The notes below the pieces were generated by a model, which was given only the letters and a program-made list of their open reading frames with translations, was not told where the DNA came from and did not search any database. A DNA stretch of 64,000 bases from NCBI GenBank assembly GCA_001275005.1, contig JWZX01003203.1, forward strand, positions 1 through 64,000, read 5' to 3'. This DNA is from Chrysochromulina tobinii (lineage: Eukaryota). Within the stretch, counting starts at the first letter, position 1, and each line of letters starts with the position of its first letter. Below, piece after piece: positions 42,701-52,467 of this stretch. The position numbers and the translations under genes are program-made.

Positions 42701-43705
42701 CTATGTAGGAACGGCCTCGGCTGGGTACAAAGGATAGCCAGGCGCACCTGTCAACGCTTGCTCAGAATGTTGGTTAATGCTTGGGCATGGCCCGCCATAA
42801 CCTTTGCTACGCAGCGCGGCAACCTTAGCGTGGCGGTGGAATTCGAGCACAAGCGTCGTGCGCGTATGATTCCCTTGGTGCATGCCACGGTGCAGAGCAT
42901 TTGTGTCGAAGATAAAGCCACCACCTGCTCGCCCCACCATCGGCACCACCCTGCCACTCTTCAACGCGTACTCGGGAGAGAATCGAGATACGCCAAGCAC
43001 AGCAGTATGGTAGTACCATGTGCCATGTGTGCCCTCTGAAATGAGCGTCGGACGCCCGTCTTCTGCCACGTCATGCAAAAAGATGAACAACTTGAGCCGC
43101 CGGCCACAGCGGTCGTGGTGCCAGAGCGCCGAAACGTAGCTACTAGGATGGGTATCTTCGCCAATGTGCAGCAGGACGTGGCCCTCATATCGAACGGGCC
43201 CACCTAGGTACCGCTCGAGTAGTCTTGCGACACTCACGTTTGCCAGCAGGGGCTCGAGGGCTGGCATTTGAGGCTGCTTGATGCTGAGCACCCCGACCTT
43301 ATGATTGCCGGCGGTAAGGTTAGCCAGAAGCGCTGTGCTTTGCGCTTGAAGGGCCCGTAAGTCGAGTCCCCAGTCGTCAATGCCAACCCACCCTCGATCA
43401 CGCAGTTGAGAACTGTGCGGATCATCCCACGGCTGTGTACACGCATCCTCAGGTGTCAAGTAGTCGAGCTGAAACATGATAGGAGTGACACGGTCTCCTG
43501 CAGAAGCGTTGACAAGGTCAAGAACGGCTTGCTCACGCATCTTGGCGGCGCATGGCCTGGCGCCAAACTCAATACCCAGAGCATTAGCATGGAATGAGGT
43601 TGACGAAAGCAGTTCAGCAACACGGCCACCACGAAAAGCATGCCATCCGCGTGTAGCTGCCACCGCAATGGACCGGTATTGAGAATGGAAGGCGAGCGGA
43701 TCCAT
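42701..43705 (-). CDS. Phytanoyl-CoA dioxygenase (PhyH)-like 2OG-Fe(II) oxygenase
   Basis: WHHD...LKLFIFLHDV...GTH...IFDTNALHRG gives the HxD...H triad; start uncertain. Confidence 0.78.
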   Translation of the reverse strand: MDPLAFHSQYRSIAVAATRGWHAFRGGRVAELLSSTSFHANALGIEFGARPCAAKMREQAVLDLVNASAGDRVTPIMFQLDYLTPEDACTQPWDDPHSSQLRDRGWVGIDDWGLDLRALQAQSTALLANLTAGNHKVGVLSIKQPQMPALEPLLANVSVARLLERYLGGPVRYEGHVLLHIGEDTHPSSYVSALWHHDRCGRRLKLFIFLHDVAEDGRPTLISEGTHGTWYYHTAVLGVSRFSPEYALKSGRVVPMVGRAGGGFIFDTNALHRGMHQGNHTRTTLVLEFHRHAKVAALRSKGYGGPCPSINQHSEQALTGAPGYPLYPAEAVPT

Positions 43706-44246
43706 TCGGCGTGATACCAAGCAAGCAAGCGATAAGACTGACAGGCCACGACCTTTTCAACTGTGAGTTCTGCTGGTGCTGCTGTGAAACACACGACGCG
43801 CACACTCTCCGGTGAGTGCTGCTAAGGCTGTTCAACACAACGCGCACACGCTCCGGACCTGTGAGTTGGTGCCAGTCAGTCAGTCAGTCAGTTTCATCGC
43901 GGCCCCCCCGCGCTCACCACACCGACTCATGGGACGGCTCCGAGTTGGTGCCTTCTCGGGACCACACGCTCCGGCTCACAGCCGTTTCACACAGAGCTGA
44001 AGCGAACATGAACGATTTACCTAGGATCCCTACCCGTTCCCTCACGACAAAGCCGCTTTTTCCCAAGGGGAAGTCAGGGGAGGACCAGAACACCCCAATC
44101 GCACGGGCGGAGGATTTGCCGATGCGTGTCACCGGCCCGCCCCCCGGGTGGAGGGCGTCGCGCCGCTGCGAGGATTTTCGGTTGCGGGGCTCCAATACAG
44201 GACAGTACTTAGGACACACAATCGTGTGAGTTAGATAACCCTTTGG

Positions 44247-47200
44247 TCACAAGCTGCCCCGTTTGGGGCTCACCATCCTGGGACGATATCCCAGACGAGG
44301 AGAGCTCAGCAAAGGCGTTCCTGTAGCTTCATGAATGCGCCAAAGTGAAACCGGACTAGATGCAGAGATGGCGCCGAAATGGTGATCTTGCAGGTTGGTG
44401 CCTGTCGGAAGAGGCGTGTGCACCCGCCCGTACAGACGCGCGGTGAACGGCGGAAGGGCAGGAGGTCGTACTCGAGGGCTGGGCGTGCTCATCACCTCCA
44501 AGAAAGGCTGGTAGCCATTAAATCTGGGTCCGAGGCTGAGCGGCACGATAGTGCTGGTGGTGCGCGGCCGAAGGGTATCCGGGTCTATCGGTGCGTGCAC
44601 GCGAGCGTCGGCAAAGCCATGGTGGGTCTGTGGCCTGCGCGAGGGTGGGCCAACCTGCAATCCATAAAAGGCGGGTGTGCAGGCGCGAAAGCTCTGCACG
44701 TGGTGATGGAGGCCTCTCGGCGTATCCCAGACCGGCGCGTTTGGCAGGTGCGCTGAGGGGCGCTTCGACGGTCGTTCCAACTGAGGCAATGGTCGCAGGT
44801 CAGGCTGAGGTGGCAACGGTAACGCAATGGGCTTTCCGCTGGAATCCAATGGGATCACTGCCAACAGACCATCGCGGTCCGCATCGTCGCCACGATGTAC
44901 GGTTTCATCGCCACTGCCATTGTCAATTCCCTTGCGATGATGTTCATTGACAGGTCCTTCGCCACGGCTGCGGCCACGCTTCCCCGTCTCATTCGCACGA
45001 ATGTTCCTTCCGGTCGGCCCGTGGTTGCCATCCTTGCTCGCCGTAGTAGCAAGGGGCTCGTCGGGGCCGAGGTCCATGTGCGTCTCGCGCTCGTGCATGG
45101 CCTTCTTACTTGCCGTTGCCGGGGAGTGCTTGTCGAACTTGCGGTGGGGCGGACGCTCATGAGGGGCGTGGTCCTGTGGTGGTATTGGCACCTCGCAGCT
45201 GTCGGCGACCGACGGAAAACCACGTGTCATCAGCGAGCCTGCCTGTCCTCCCGTGTTGCGCCAACCATGTGCTCGCCCGTCGTTATTGAAGGCGGCTTTG
45301 ACGTCGTTGTAACCAACCGTGTTCATGGGCGTGGCGTGCCATCCCTCGTCATCAGTCTCCTGCCCAGGCATGTCAAGGACCATGTAAATCTTGGCGCCTC
45401 CGTCCCAGAAGGATTCTTGACCTGGACGCAGTTCAGATTTCTGCGGGACTTTCAGAATGACAGCATCGTGCGTGCGCACGCCGGCGCTTCTGAGCGCCTG
45501 GGTGTCTCGCACGATCTCTGAATTGAACGTGATGGTTTGATGATTTGGTTGCGCCCCGATGATGTCGCAGATGGCGCCCTTGAGGTCTCGCCCAGTGGCA
45601 GCGGTGGTGACCTCCGCTTTGGGGTCCCTCCTGGGCTCGGGCGGGAGCGACACCTGTAGCGTTTTGCCGTACAGCGCGTGGAGAGATGCCGGCAGACATA
45701 CCCTCAGTATGAAAGCTTGCATAGGTGGTGCTCCTTTTTGGATCAACGATAAGATGTCGCCAGAGCATATGCCAAGCGAGTCAAGGCTCTGTGACTCGTC
45801 CCGGAACACTTCATTGAACGAGCTGAACTGCATAGCTGCAAGACTCGTTCCCGCGCGCAGCTCGACGGTCTTCTTGACTTTGGCTAGGCTTTCTTTAAGC
45901 TTGACGGGGATGGAAAGGGTCATACCAATCACGTTGACGATGATGAAGGGTCCCCCTTCAACTGGCGCCAGAGTGACGTAGTCGGTTGTGTGAATATTCT
46001 TCAACTTGTAGATTTGGACCTCCATGGCAGTAAGTTCGCTGCGCTCGCGAAGCGTCTTAGCCAGGATGGCAGTTGTGATGTCTCTGCCTTCCTTCGGCTT
46101 CACCGTGACCGGCTTAAACCTCAAGCCGGAGGGAGGAGCAGCCTTGCGCTGCCTGTGGGCAGCTTCTGCCTTCTTCTTCTTCTCCTCCTCTGCTGCCGCG
46201 GCTGCCGCGACAGCCGCGGCAGCCGCGGCTGTCGCGGCCTCTTCTGTCTTCCTCTTCTCCATCATCTCTTCGTTCTTCGAGTTGTATGTTTTCTTCCGTT
46301 CAATGCTGCCGCGGGCGTGAGCCTGAATGGTTGCTGTGGCTTCCGATCGCTCTTGTGCCTCCTTCCTGGCAGTCCTGCCACGCACGAGGGCCTGGATCTT
46401 GGCGGCCGACTTCCGCCGTTTCTTGATCTCATCCTTCTTGCGCATCTTTGGACTCGGTGGGGCTTGCGTCCACTGAGCGAGTGGCCGCAACTCAGCGAGT
46501 GGCTGCAACTCAGCGAGTGGCCGCAACTCAGCGAGTTGCGTCAACTCTGCGAGTTGCGTCAACTCTGCGAGCTCATCTGGCGCGCGGATGGCCTCACCAC
46601 TTACTTTCAGTGGCGGCTTTGGAATACCTTCATCCTCGTCCATGAACCTCTCGTCAAAGGATAGCGAATCGAGGCTTGCCCAATTGCCGGCGTCGAGGCG
46701 GCCGCCCATCAGCGTGGTGAATAGGTCCATCAAGAAGTCATAATATTCTTGCTCATCAATCTTATGGGTCCACGTATCAGCCAGCTCGAACAGGCTGTCG
46801 AAAAAGTCCTCTTTGGTCAAGATCTGATTGCCTCTGCAATCGTGAAGCCAATCTTCTTCAACGGATGCTTCGGCGTCGTCGCCATCTGGGTCCCAGCCTT
46901 CAAGCATCACCTTATAGATGCGACGGTAGAGTTCTCGGTGACCTTCTTTGGTAATGCTCCCTTGGCTAGCTTGGCTGTTGAAGTTCTTGATTTCGACCGC
47001 TTTCCTGCCAGCGCCTCGTATCCCGCCAGCAGCGGCTGAGTCTCGAATCGCTGCGCTGCCTGCAACTGCAGCGTTCCAGAATAACTCCAAGGCTTTGAGG
47101 ATGAGCGGCGACCACCTCAATTTGAAGCGTTTCCTCAGGCTTTCGGTCGTGCTCAGGGAAGCGTCGCCCTGCTGCCAGAAGGCTGACATGCTCTCTCCTG

Positions 47201-47483
47201 TACAGGTACGTTCAGTTTCCACTCTACCCGATTTCATGGCCATCATCGCAGCGAGCGCGGCACGATGCACTTGGGCATCGGTTAACGCCCCGGTTGATAC
47301 CTGCACAATGTGAACGCCTCTTCTGAGCTTGTCGAGGTAGTTCTTGTGCCTCTTGAACTTGCGCTCATCGAGGTTCTCGATGACCGCAACAAAGAAGTTG
47401 GCGACCATCAACCCCGATCGAATCTTTTCGAAACCTTTGCGCCATCGTACGAGTATTTCAGCACTCTTTTTCCAGACCGTCAT
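44247..47483 (-). CDS. 1078-aa protein: EF-hand-like helical domain, two IQ motifs, two ubiquitin-like domains
   Basis: EDFFDSLFELADTW region; IQALVRGRTARK and IQAHARGSIERK; two ubiquitin-fold-like segments (SLAKVKKTVE...LDSLGICSGDILSL; DLKGAI...HQTITFN...LRSAGV); 18-nt coding tandem repeat AEL(T/R/Q)(Q/P)L near 46475-46572. Confidence 0.7.
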   Translation of the reverse strand: MTVWKKSAEILVRWRKGFEKIRSGLMVANFFVAVIENLDERKFKRHKNYLDKLRRGVHIVQVSTGALTDAQVHRAALAAMMAMKSGRVETERTCTGESMSAFWQQGDASLSTTESLRKRFKLRWSPLILKALELFWNAAVAGSAAIRDSAAAGGIRGAGRKAVEIKNFNSQASQGSITKEGHRELYRRIYKVMLEGWDPDGDDAEASVEEDWLHDCRGNQILTKEDFFDSLFELADTWTHKIDEQEYYDFLMDLFTTLMGGRLDAGNWASLDSLSFDERFMDEDEGIPKPPLKVSGEAIRAPDELAELTQLAELTQLAELRPLAELQPLAELRPLAQWTQAPPSPKMRKKDEIKKRRKSAAKIQALVRGRTARKEAQERSEATATIQAHARGSIERKKTYNSKNEEMMEKRKTEEAATAAAAAAVAAAAAAEEEKKKKAEAAHRQRKAAPPSGLRFKPVTVKPKEGRDITTAILAKTLRERSELTAMEVQIYKLKNIHTTDYVTLAPVEGGPFIIVNVIGMTLSIPVKLKESLAKVKKTVELRAGTSLAAMQFSSFNEVFRDESQSLDSLGICSGDILSLIQKGAPPMQAFILRVCLPASLHALYGKTLQVSLPPEPRRDPKAEVTTAATGRDLKGAICDIIGAQPNHQTITFNSEIVRDTQALRSAGVRTHDAVILKVPQKSELRPGQESFWDGGAKIYMVLDMPGQETDDEGWHATPMNTVGYNDVKAAFNNDGRAHGWRNTGGQAGSLMTRGFPSVADSCEVPIPPQDHAPHERPPHRKFDKHSPATASKKAMHERETHMDLGPDEPLATTASKDGNHGPTGRNIRANETGKRGRSRGEGPVNEHHRKGIDNGSGDETVHRGDDADRDGLLAVIPLDSSGKPIALPLPPQPDLRPLPQLERPSKRPSAHLPNAPVWDTPRGLHHHVQSFRACTPAFYGLQVGPPSRRPQTHHGFADARVHAPIDPDTLRPRTTSTIVPLSLGPRFNGYQPFLEVMSTPSPRVRPPALPPFTARLYGRVHTPLPTGTNLQDHHFGAISASSPVSLWRIHEATGTPLLSSPRLGYRPRMVSPKRGSL

Positions 47484-47759
47484 GGCGCCGGGTAGCGAAG
47501 CTCACGCGCAGAGGTGCAGCTCGCAACCCGTACTGCCCTGCAACTCGCACTGCATGGATTGAGGACCCAGGGACCGGCTGACAAAGTTGCAAAAGTCGCT
47601 GAAACAGCTTTCATCCGAAGACGACACCTATACAACGAACCCCAAACCTATACTCCTTGAGGCCCATGTCATGTCTCTCCTCAATACCAATCCTGTGTGC
47701 CCAACCTTAGAAATGTAACAGCCGATTCACACTGGATTGAGCCTGTTCACACTTGTGTG

Positions 47760-48953
47760 ATGGCCTCCTCGTTCGAACCTCTCAGTGGCGGCAGGGTACG
47801 GCACGGCAAATGGGTCCCGGACCATCGGTGTCGTATGCATTCTCGGCTCAACGTGACAGCGCCGCCAACGCCGCTGCCATGGAATGCGCCTCGCATGCTG
47901 CTAGCTTACAATGCCTCCCGAGACCATGAGGCAGAGGATGGCGCACGGGGCCGATTGTATAACGTGATGTCCGTGGGCCAATCCGCAAAACAATGCGCTG
48001 AACGACCCGGGCCCAGCACACGGCATCCCGCACCTTCGACGTGGCGCTGTGAGAGCAGCACTTTTGTGGGCATGCGTCTCCTCCTCGGTGTAGTCACAGC
48101 ACCTCGGAACCGCATGCGGCGGGACGCCATACGCGGCAGCTGGTCGAAATGGCCTGGTCGTGCGTCCCTCGTCTGCTTTGCCGTCGGGGTTGGTGGGCTA
48201 GCGCCGGCGCTGCGCACAGGCCTCAACGCGGAACAAGCCGAGTTTGGTGACCTAGTGATGCTGCCGGAGGTCAGCGACGTGTGCCATGCATCGATCGCAA
48301 AGGCACACGCGTGGTGGCGCTTTGCAGCCAGCACCGGCGTGCCGTACGTCGGTCGGGTCGACGACGACACCTTCGTGCACGTGCCCAATCTTGAGAGCGA
48401 TCTCGAGAGCCTCTATTGCCACCCGCAGCTTGTTTATGGTGTCTCGGCCTTTGTGGGCTACAACCCGACGACTTTTCGCAAGTGTGGCTACTCCTGGAGC
48501 GGGAATCGCGCGTGGCGCAAGTACGGCTGCGGCGCGACCGGCGCGCACGAGGCGACTCCCTTCGTCTCCGGCATGCTCCAAGTGCTCTCCCGCGGCCTGG
48601 CGCACACGGTGGCTAGCTCAGAGGAAGTGCGCGCCTTTGTCGCACGCGCGAGCGCCGTCATCGACATGGTGACCTGGGATAAGACCGAGGACGTGGTGCT
48701 CGGCTACTGGCTCGTGCAGCTGCTCCTGAGCGGCGCCATCGCACCGCTCGTGCACCTCGCAGCCCTTGAGCCCGGCCGTGGGCACAACCTGGGATGCCGC
48801 AAGCAAGAAGGGTTCTATCAGCGCCCCTCCAACCGCTCAAGGGCCATTCACTTCGTGAAGAAGCCGCAGGGAATGATGTACCTGTATGGGGTGATGCGCG
48901 GGCAGCACGCGCACGAGATTACGGCGTGCCGCAAGGCGGCTGGCGTCGATTGA
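47760..48953 (+). CDS. Galactosyltransferase, GT31 family
   Basis: LLLGVVTAP..RRDAIRGSW, EQAEFGDLV, RVDDDTFV, PFVSGMLQVLS, EDVVLGYWL; start uncertain. Confidence 0.82.
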   Translation: MASSFEPLSGGRVRHGKWVPDHRCRMHSRLNVTAPPTPLPWNAPRMLLAYNASRDHEAEDGARGRLYNVMSVGQSAKQCAERPGPSTRHPAPSTWRCESSTFVGMRLLLGVVTAPRNRMRRDAIRGSWSKWPGRASLVCFAVGVGGLAPALRTGLNAEQAEFGDLVMLPEVSDVCHASIAKAHAWWRFAASTGVPYVGRVDDDTFVHVPNLESDLESLYCHPQLVYGVSAFVGYNPTTFRKCGYSWSGNRAWRKYGCGATGAHEATPFVSGMLQVLSRGLAHTVASSEEVRAFVARASAVIDMVTWDKTEDVVLGYWLVQLLLSGAIAPLVHLAALEPGRGHNLGCRKQEGFYQRPSNRSRAIHFVKKPQGMMYLYGVMRGQHAHEITACRKAAGVD

Positions 48954-49590
48954 GTAGGAAGGAGGGGCTAGCACACATCAAGCTGCAAAGATTCTAAGGT
49001 AGGCCAACGGTATAACGCTCTATTCCGTATCGCTGATGTGCGTTACATCAGTAAGGAAACGCGGAGGTAGAAGCGTTTGCGATATCCGATAAGAATGACT
49101 TTTATATAACCCGTACCCGAGCCCCTGTGAGCTGACAGCTGTGTGCTGAGAAAAATCCAATTGGAAAGATCCGGAAACCGGGGAAAGCCCCGGTTTGGGG
49201 TTCGGAAGGAAAAAGGGAGGTTGTACTATCGAGTACACTCCACAGCGTACGGCTGTGAAACCTGTGTACGAGCGGGGCCGAAACTAATACACGTGGCTGC
49301 GTGAGGTGTGACTCTCGTCTATCGTGAACCCATGCGTGCTCCGCGCGACATGCGGGCTGGCGGGCTCTTCTTGCTACTACCATAGGTAGATCATCATCGC
49401 CTCCTCCCCCTGCGTGACCGATGTTCAGCATTCGCGTGCCAGCACGTGCCGGTGCCGCCAACGGCTGACACGTGCCACTCGTTGCGCGGCTCTCGACTAC
49501 GGTATCGTGCGTGTGCTATCGCTGCAGTCCGAGGCACGGCGAGCTTGCACATGCGGCCGCACTTCGCTCGCCCTCCTACTCAAGTCTCGT

Positions 49591-52024
49591 CTAGACCCGC
49601 TTGCTGCGAAAGTGGATGTCGAACTCGCCGATGCACCTTTGAACGTCCGCCTTCAGAGCCTCGAGCGCTGCGGCGGCGACCGGCCGCAGCTCAGGCTCCT
49701 TGACCTCTGCCTTGTAGGTATGCGTCGCGTCAGCACAGCCGGCGCCGCTCACAGTGCCTGGGGTTGCGGTCGGGCTCACCTCGGCGTAGTGCAGCGTGCC
49801 CGAGCATAGCTTTGTCTCGATGACCTTGGCATCGACCGCGGGCGGGACGCCGGGGGGAGGAAGCTCCGCAAGCCGCTTCGCCTTCCATTCGAGCTCGAGA
49901 GCGTACTCATAGATGTGGCGCACCTGGCCGCGCGAGGCGACGACCGAGGCGGTACCCTCGACACTCTTGACCTTGGTGATCGAGATCTGCACCTGTTCGG
50001 CAGAGCCGCGCGCCGTCTCGAGCACCTTTGTAAGCTCGGCCTTACACCAATCGCCCATCTCCTTCTCCTCCCACGTGCCGCCAGCATTCCAGGCCGATCC
50101 GGCGGCAGCCTGCTGCCGTGCCTCTTCCGCGCTCGCGGGCGCCGCCTCCGCCCCGCCCGCCGACAGTCGCTTCGGTTTCTTCTGCTCGTCGAGGAGCGCC
50201 TTCGTCTTCTCGTCAATCTGACGATCAAAATAGGAAGTTTTCGAGCCGTCAGCGCGGATCTTGTACCCCTTCATATCGAGGCCCTCCTCGCCGCTCACGG
50301 TCACCTTCTCGGCCTTGCGCGCGCGCCGCCGCTCCGCGTCCGCCTCCTCCTTGGCCTTCTTCTGGAGTGCCTCGACTCGCTCCCTGTCCTTCTTCTCCTC
50401 ATCCTTCTTTTGCTGTTTGTAGACCTCAAAGGAGATGGGCTCGTCGACCTCCATCGCCTCCATCGCCGCCGTCGCTCCCTGCGCCTCATCCGCACCCTCG
50501 TTCGCACCAGCAGCAGCCGGCGGCGATGGCGTCACCGGCGGTGCGGACTCCTCCGCGAGCGCGCTAGTGGGCACCTCCTCGAGCGCCTGGGCAAAGTCAG
50601 ACAGCGCGTCACTCACCACCGTCTTGAGAATTTCGAGGGCGCTCAGCGTGCGCTCCTCGGGCAGAGTCTTGGCGCCCGGCACGGCGCCCATGTCCTCGTC
50701 GTCGTCGTCCCCCGTCCCTTCCTTGTCCTTGGGCGGTGGCGGCGGCGGCGGGAGGATCATCGTGTGGTTCACCTCGCCGATCGAGATGTACGCGCCGTCT
50801 CGAGCGCCGTCTGGCGCAGGCATCACCTCACTGTACACGAGCGTGCCCGAGCTCTCACCACGCTCAGTGGCGACGGCGTCGGCGGCGTCACCTTCAGGCG
50901 ACTTGAGCGGGCCGCTCACCGTCCAGTCGAGCGAGAAGGCGTACTCAAAGAACCGCCGGCCGGTGGCGCCACCAAGGAGCGTCGAGGTCAGAGCCATCGA
51001 GCCCCCGCACGGCCGTTACCCGAGCGACACAGCCGTCCAAGTCGGCGTGACAGCGGAGGAGGCGAGGGGTGAGGTCAGCGCGCGCCCATGCGCTCAGGTC
51101 CACACCCGCCGCCGTGCCCGCCGCCGTGCCCGCCGCCGTGCCGGCCGCACCCGCCGCCGCGCCGGCGCCCTCGGCCGCACCCGCCACCGCTTCCACAGAG
51201 GAGGCATCCTCACCGAGGAATTTCCGCAGCCGCGCTCGTCGAGTCTCCTCGCGCTGCGCCTTCTGCCGCTGGCGCAGCCTGTCGCACTCGACGCGCCACT
51301 CGGCGCGCAGCCTCTCCTCGGCGAGTGCCTTGAGTCGCGCCTCTTCTTGCTTGCGCGCCCTCTCCGCCGCCTCCTCCTTCGCCACCGCCTTCTCGGCGGC
51401 CGCCCCGAATTTCGCCGAGAAGCTCGACTTGAGGCCATCGCGCTGCACCTTGAGCGCCGCCTGTACCGTGACCAGCTCGGCGCGCGCATTCTTGTCCTTC
51501 GGGTCCGCCTTGCATGCGGCCAGCAGGTCCTGCTGCGCCGACGAAAGCTGGCCCAGCTTACCCCTAGCCATGCCGCGCCGGAAGAGCGCCTTCGAGTTGT
51601 CCGCCTCGAGCTCGAGCACCTGGGAAGCGCTCGCCTCGGCCGCCTCCCACGCCTCGAGCTTAATCTGCGCGGCCGCCGAGTTGTTGTGCAGCGAGATGAG
51701 CACCGGCTTGAGCAGCTCCTTCGCCTCATTGGAGGTGGGCGCGTCCTTCACCGCGTTGAGCGCCTCATCATACGTGGCAATGGCCGCCGCATTGTCGCCC
51801 GCCTTGAAGAGCGCGTTGCCCGCGTCCTTGAGCCGCGTCGCATCCTCCAGCAACGACTGCGCCATCGCGGCCGAAAGCTGCTCCTCCTCCTGCTCGGCGC
51901 CCGTCTTCTTCTTAGCTTCCGCTGCCTCCTCCTCTGGGTCCACGGGGTCTGGAAAGCCATCGTCGTCGTCTTCATTGTCGCCCGCAGACAGATCCATTGG
52001 TTCTGGCTTCGTCTCTGAGGACAT
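49591..52024 (-). CDS. TPR + double AHA1-N Hsp90 co-chaperone; apparent frameshift near 50990
   Basis: Three TPRs (LKDAGNALFKAG, LHNNSAAAQIKLE, KALFRRGMA); first Aha1-N-like domain split across two frames (VDLSAWAR...VRGLDGS / RRFFEYAFSLDW); second intact (SAWNAGGTWEEK...HIYEYALELEW). Confidence 0.78.
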
Positions 52025-52467
52025 GTAATAGGAGGCTGCACGGCTAGAGAGACTGGAGAGATAGAAGCTGGTGAGCCTTGACGCCAATACTAGTGTGCGT
52101 CTCGAAGTGCAAAAAGATTCCGCCACGTGGCGGAATCCTGGTTCATTCACAGCTATGTTTCTTGAACAGAAGAGTGAAAGCCGGAACGGAGGGAAATGTC
52201 GTCGTATGCATGCAAATCCAGGGAAGCAGGGATGCAAATGCGTGCTCTTTTCGGTTCGAGATGGCAGACATTCGCGACGACTCGCCCGGCCAAGATAATC
52301 TCAGTTTTATGTGTCTGCCACGCCAGCCCCTGGGGGCCTGGCCCTGGGCCATAGGAAACGTGTTGATATTTTCAGGTGAATCAGATGATTAGATTTCGCG
52401 GATTTGAGCTACACTTTCCCGCAGAGGTAGAGCCCAATTTCTATAAGACACCATCTGAACTGAACTT

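Noticed and set aside
49175..49196. AAACCGGGG-AAAG-CCCCGGTTT hairpin resembling an intrinsic terminator
   Set aside because: Eukaryotic context, single occurrence, no supporting element ends.
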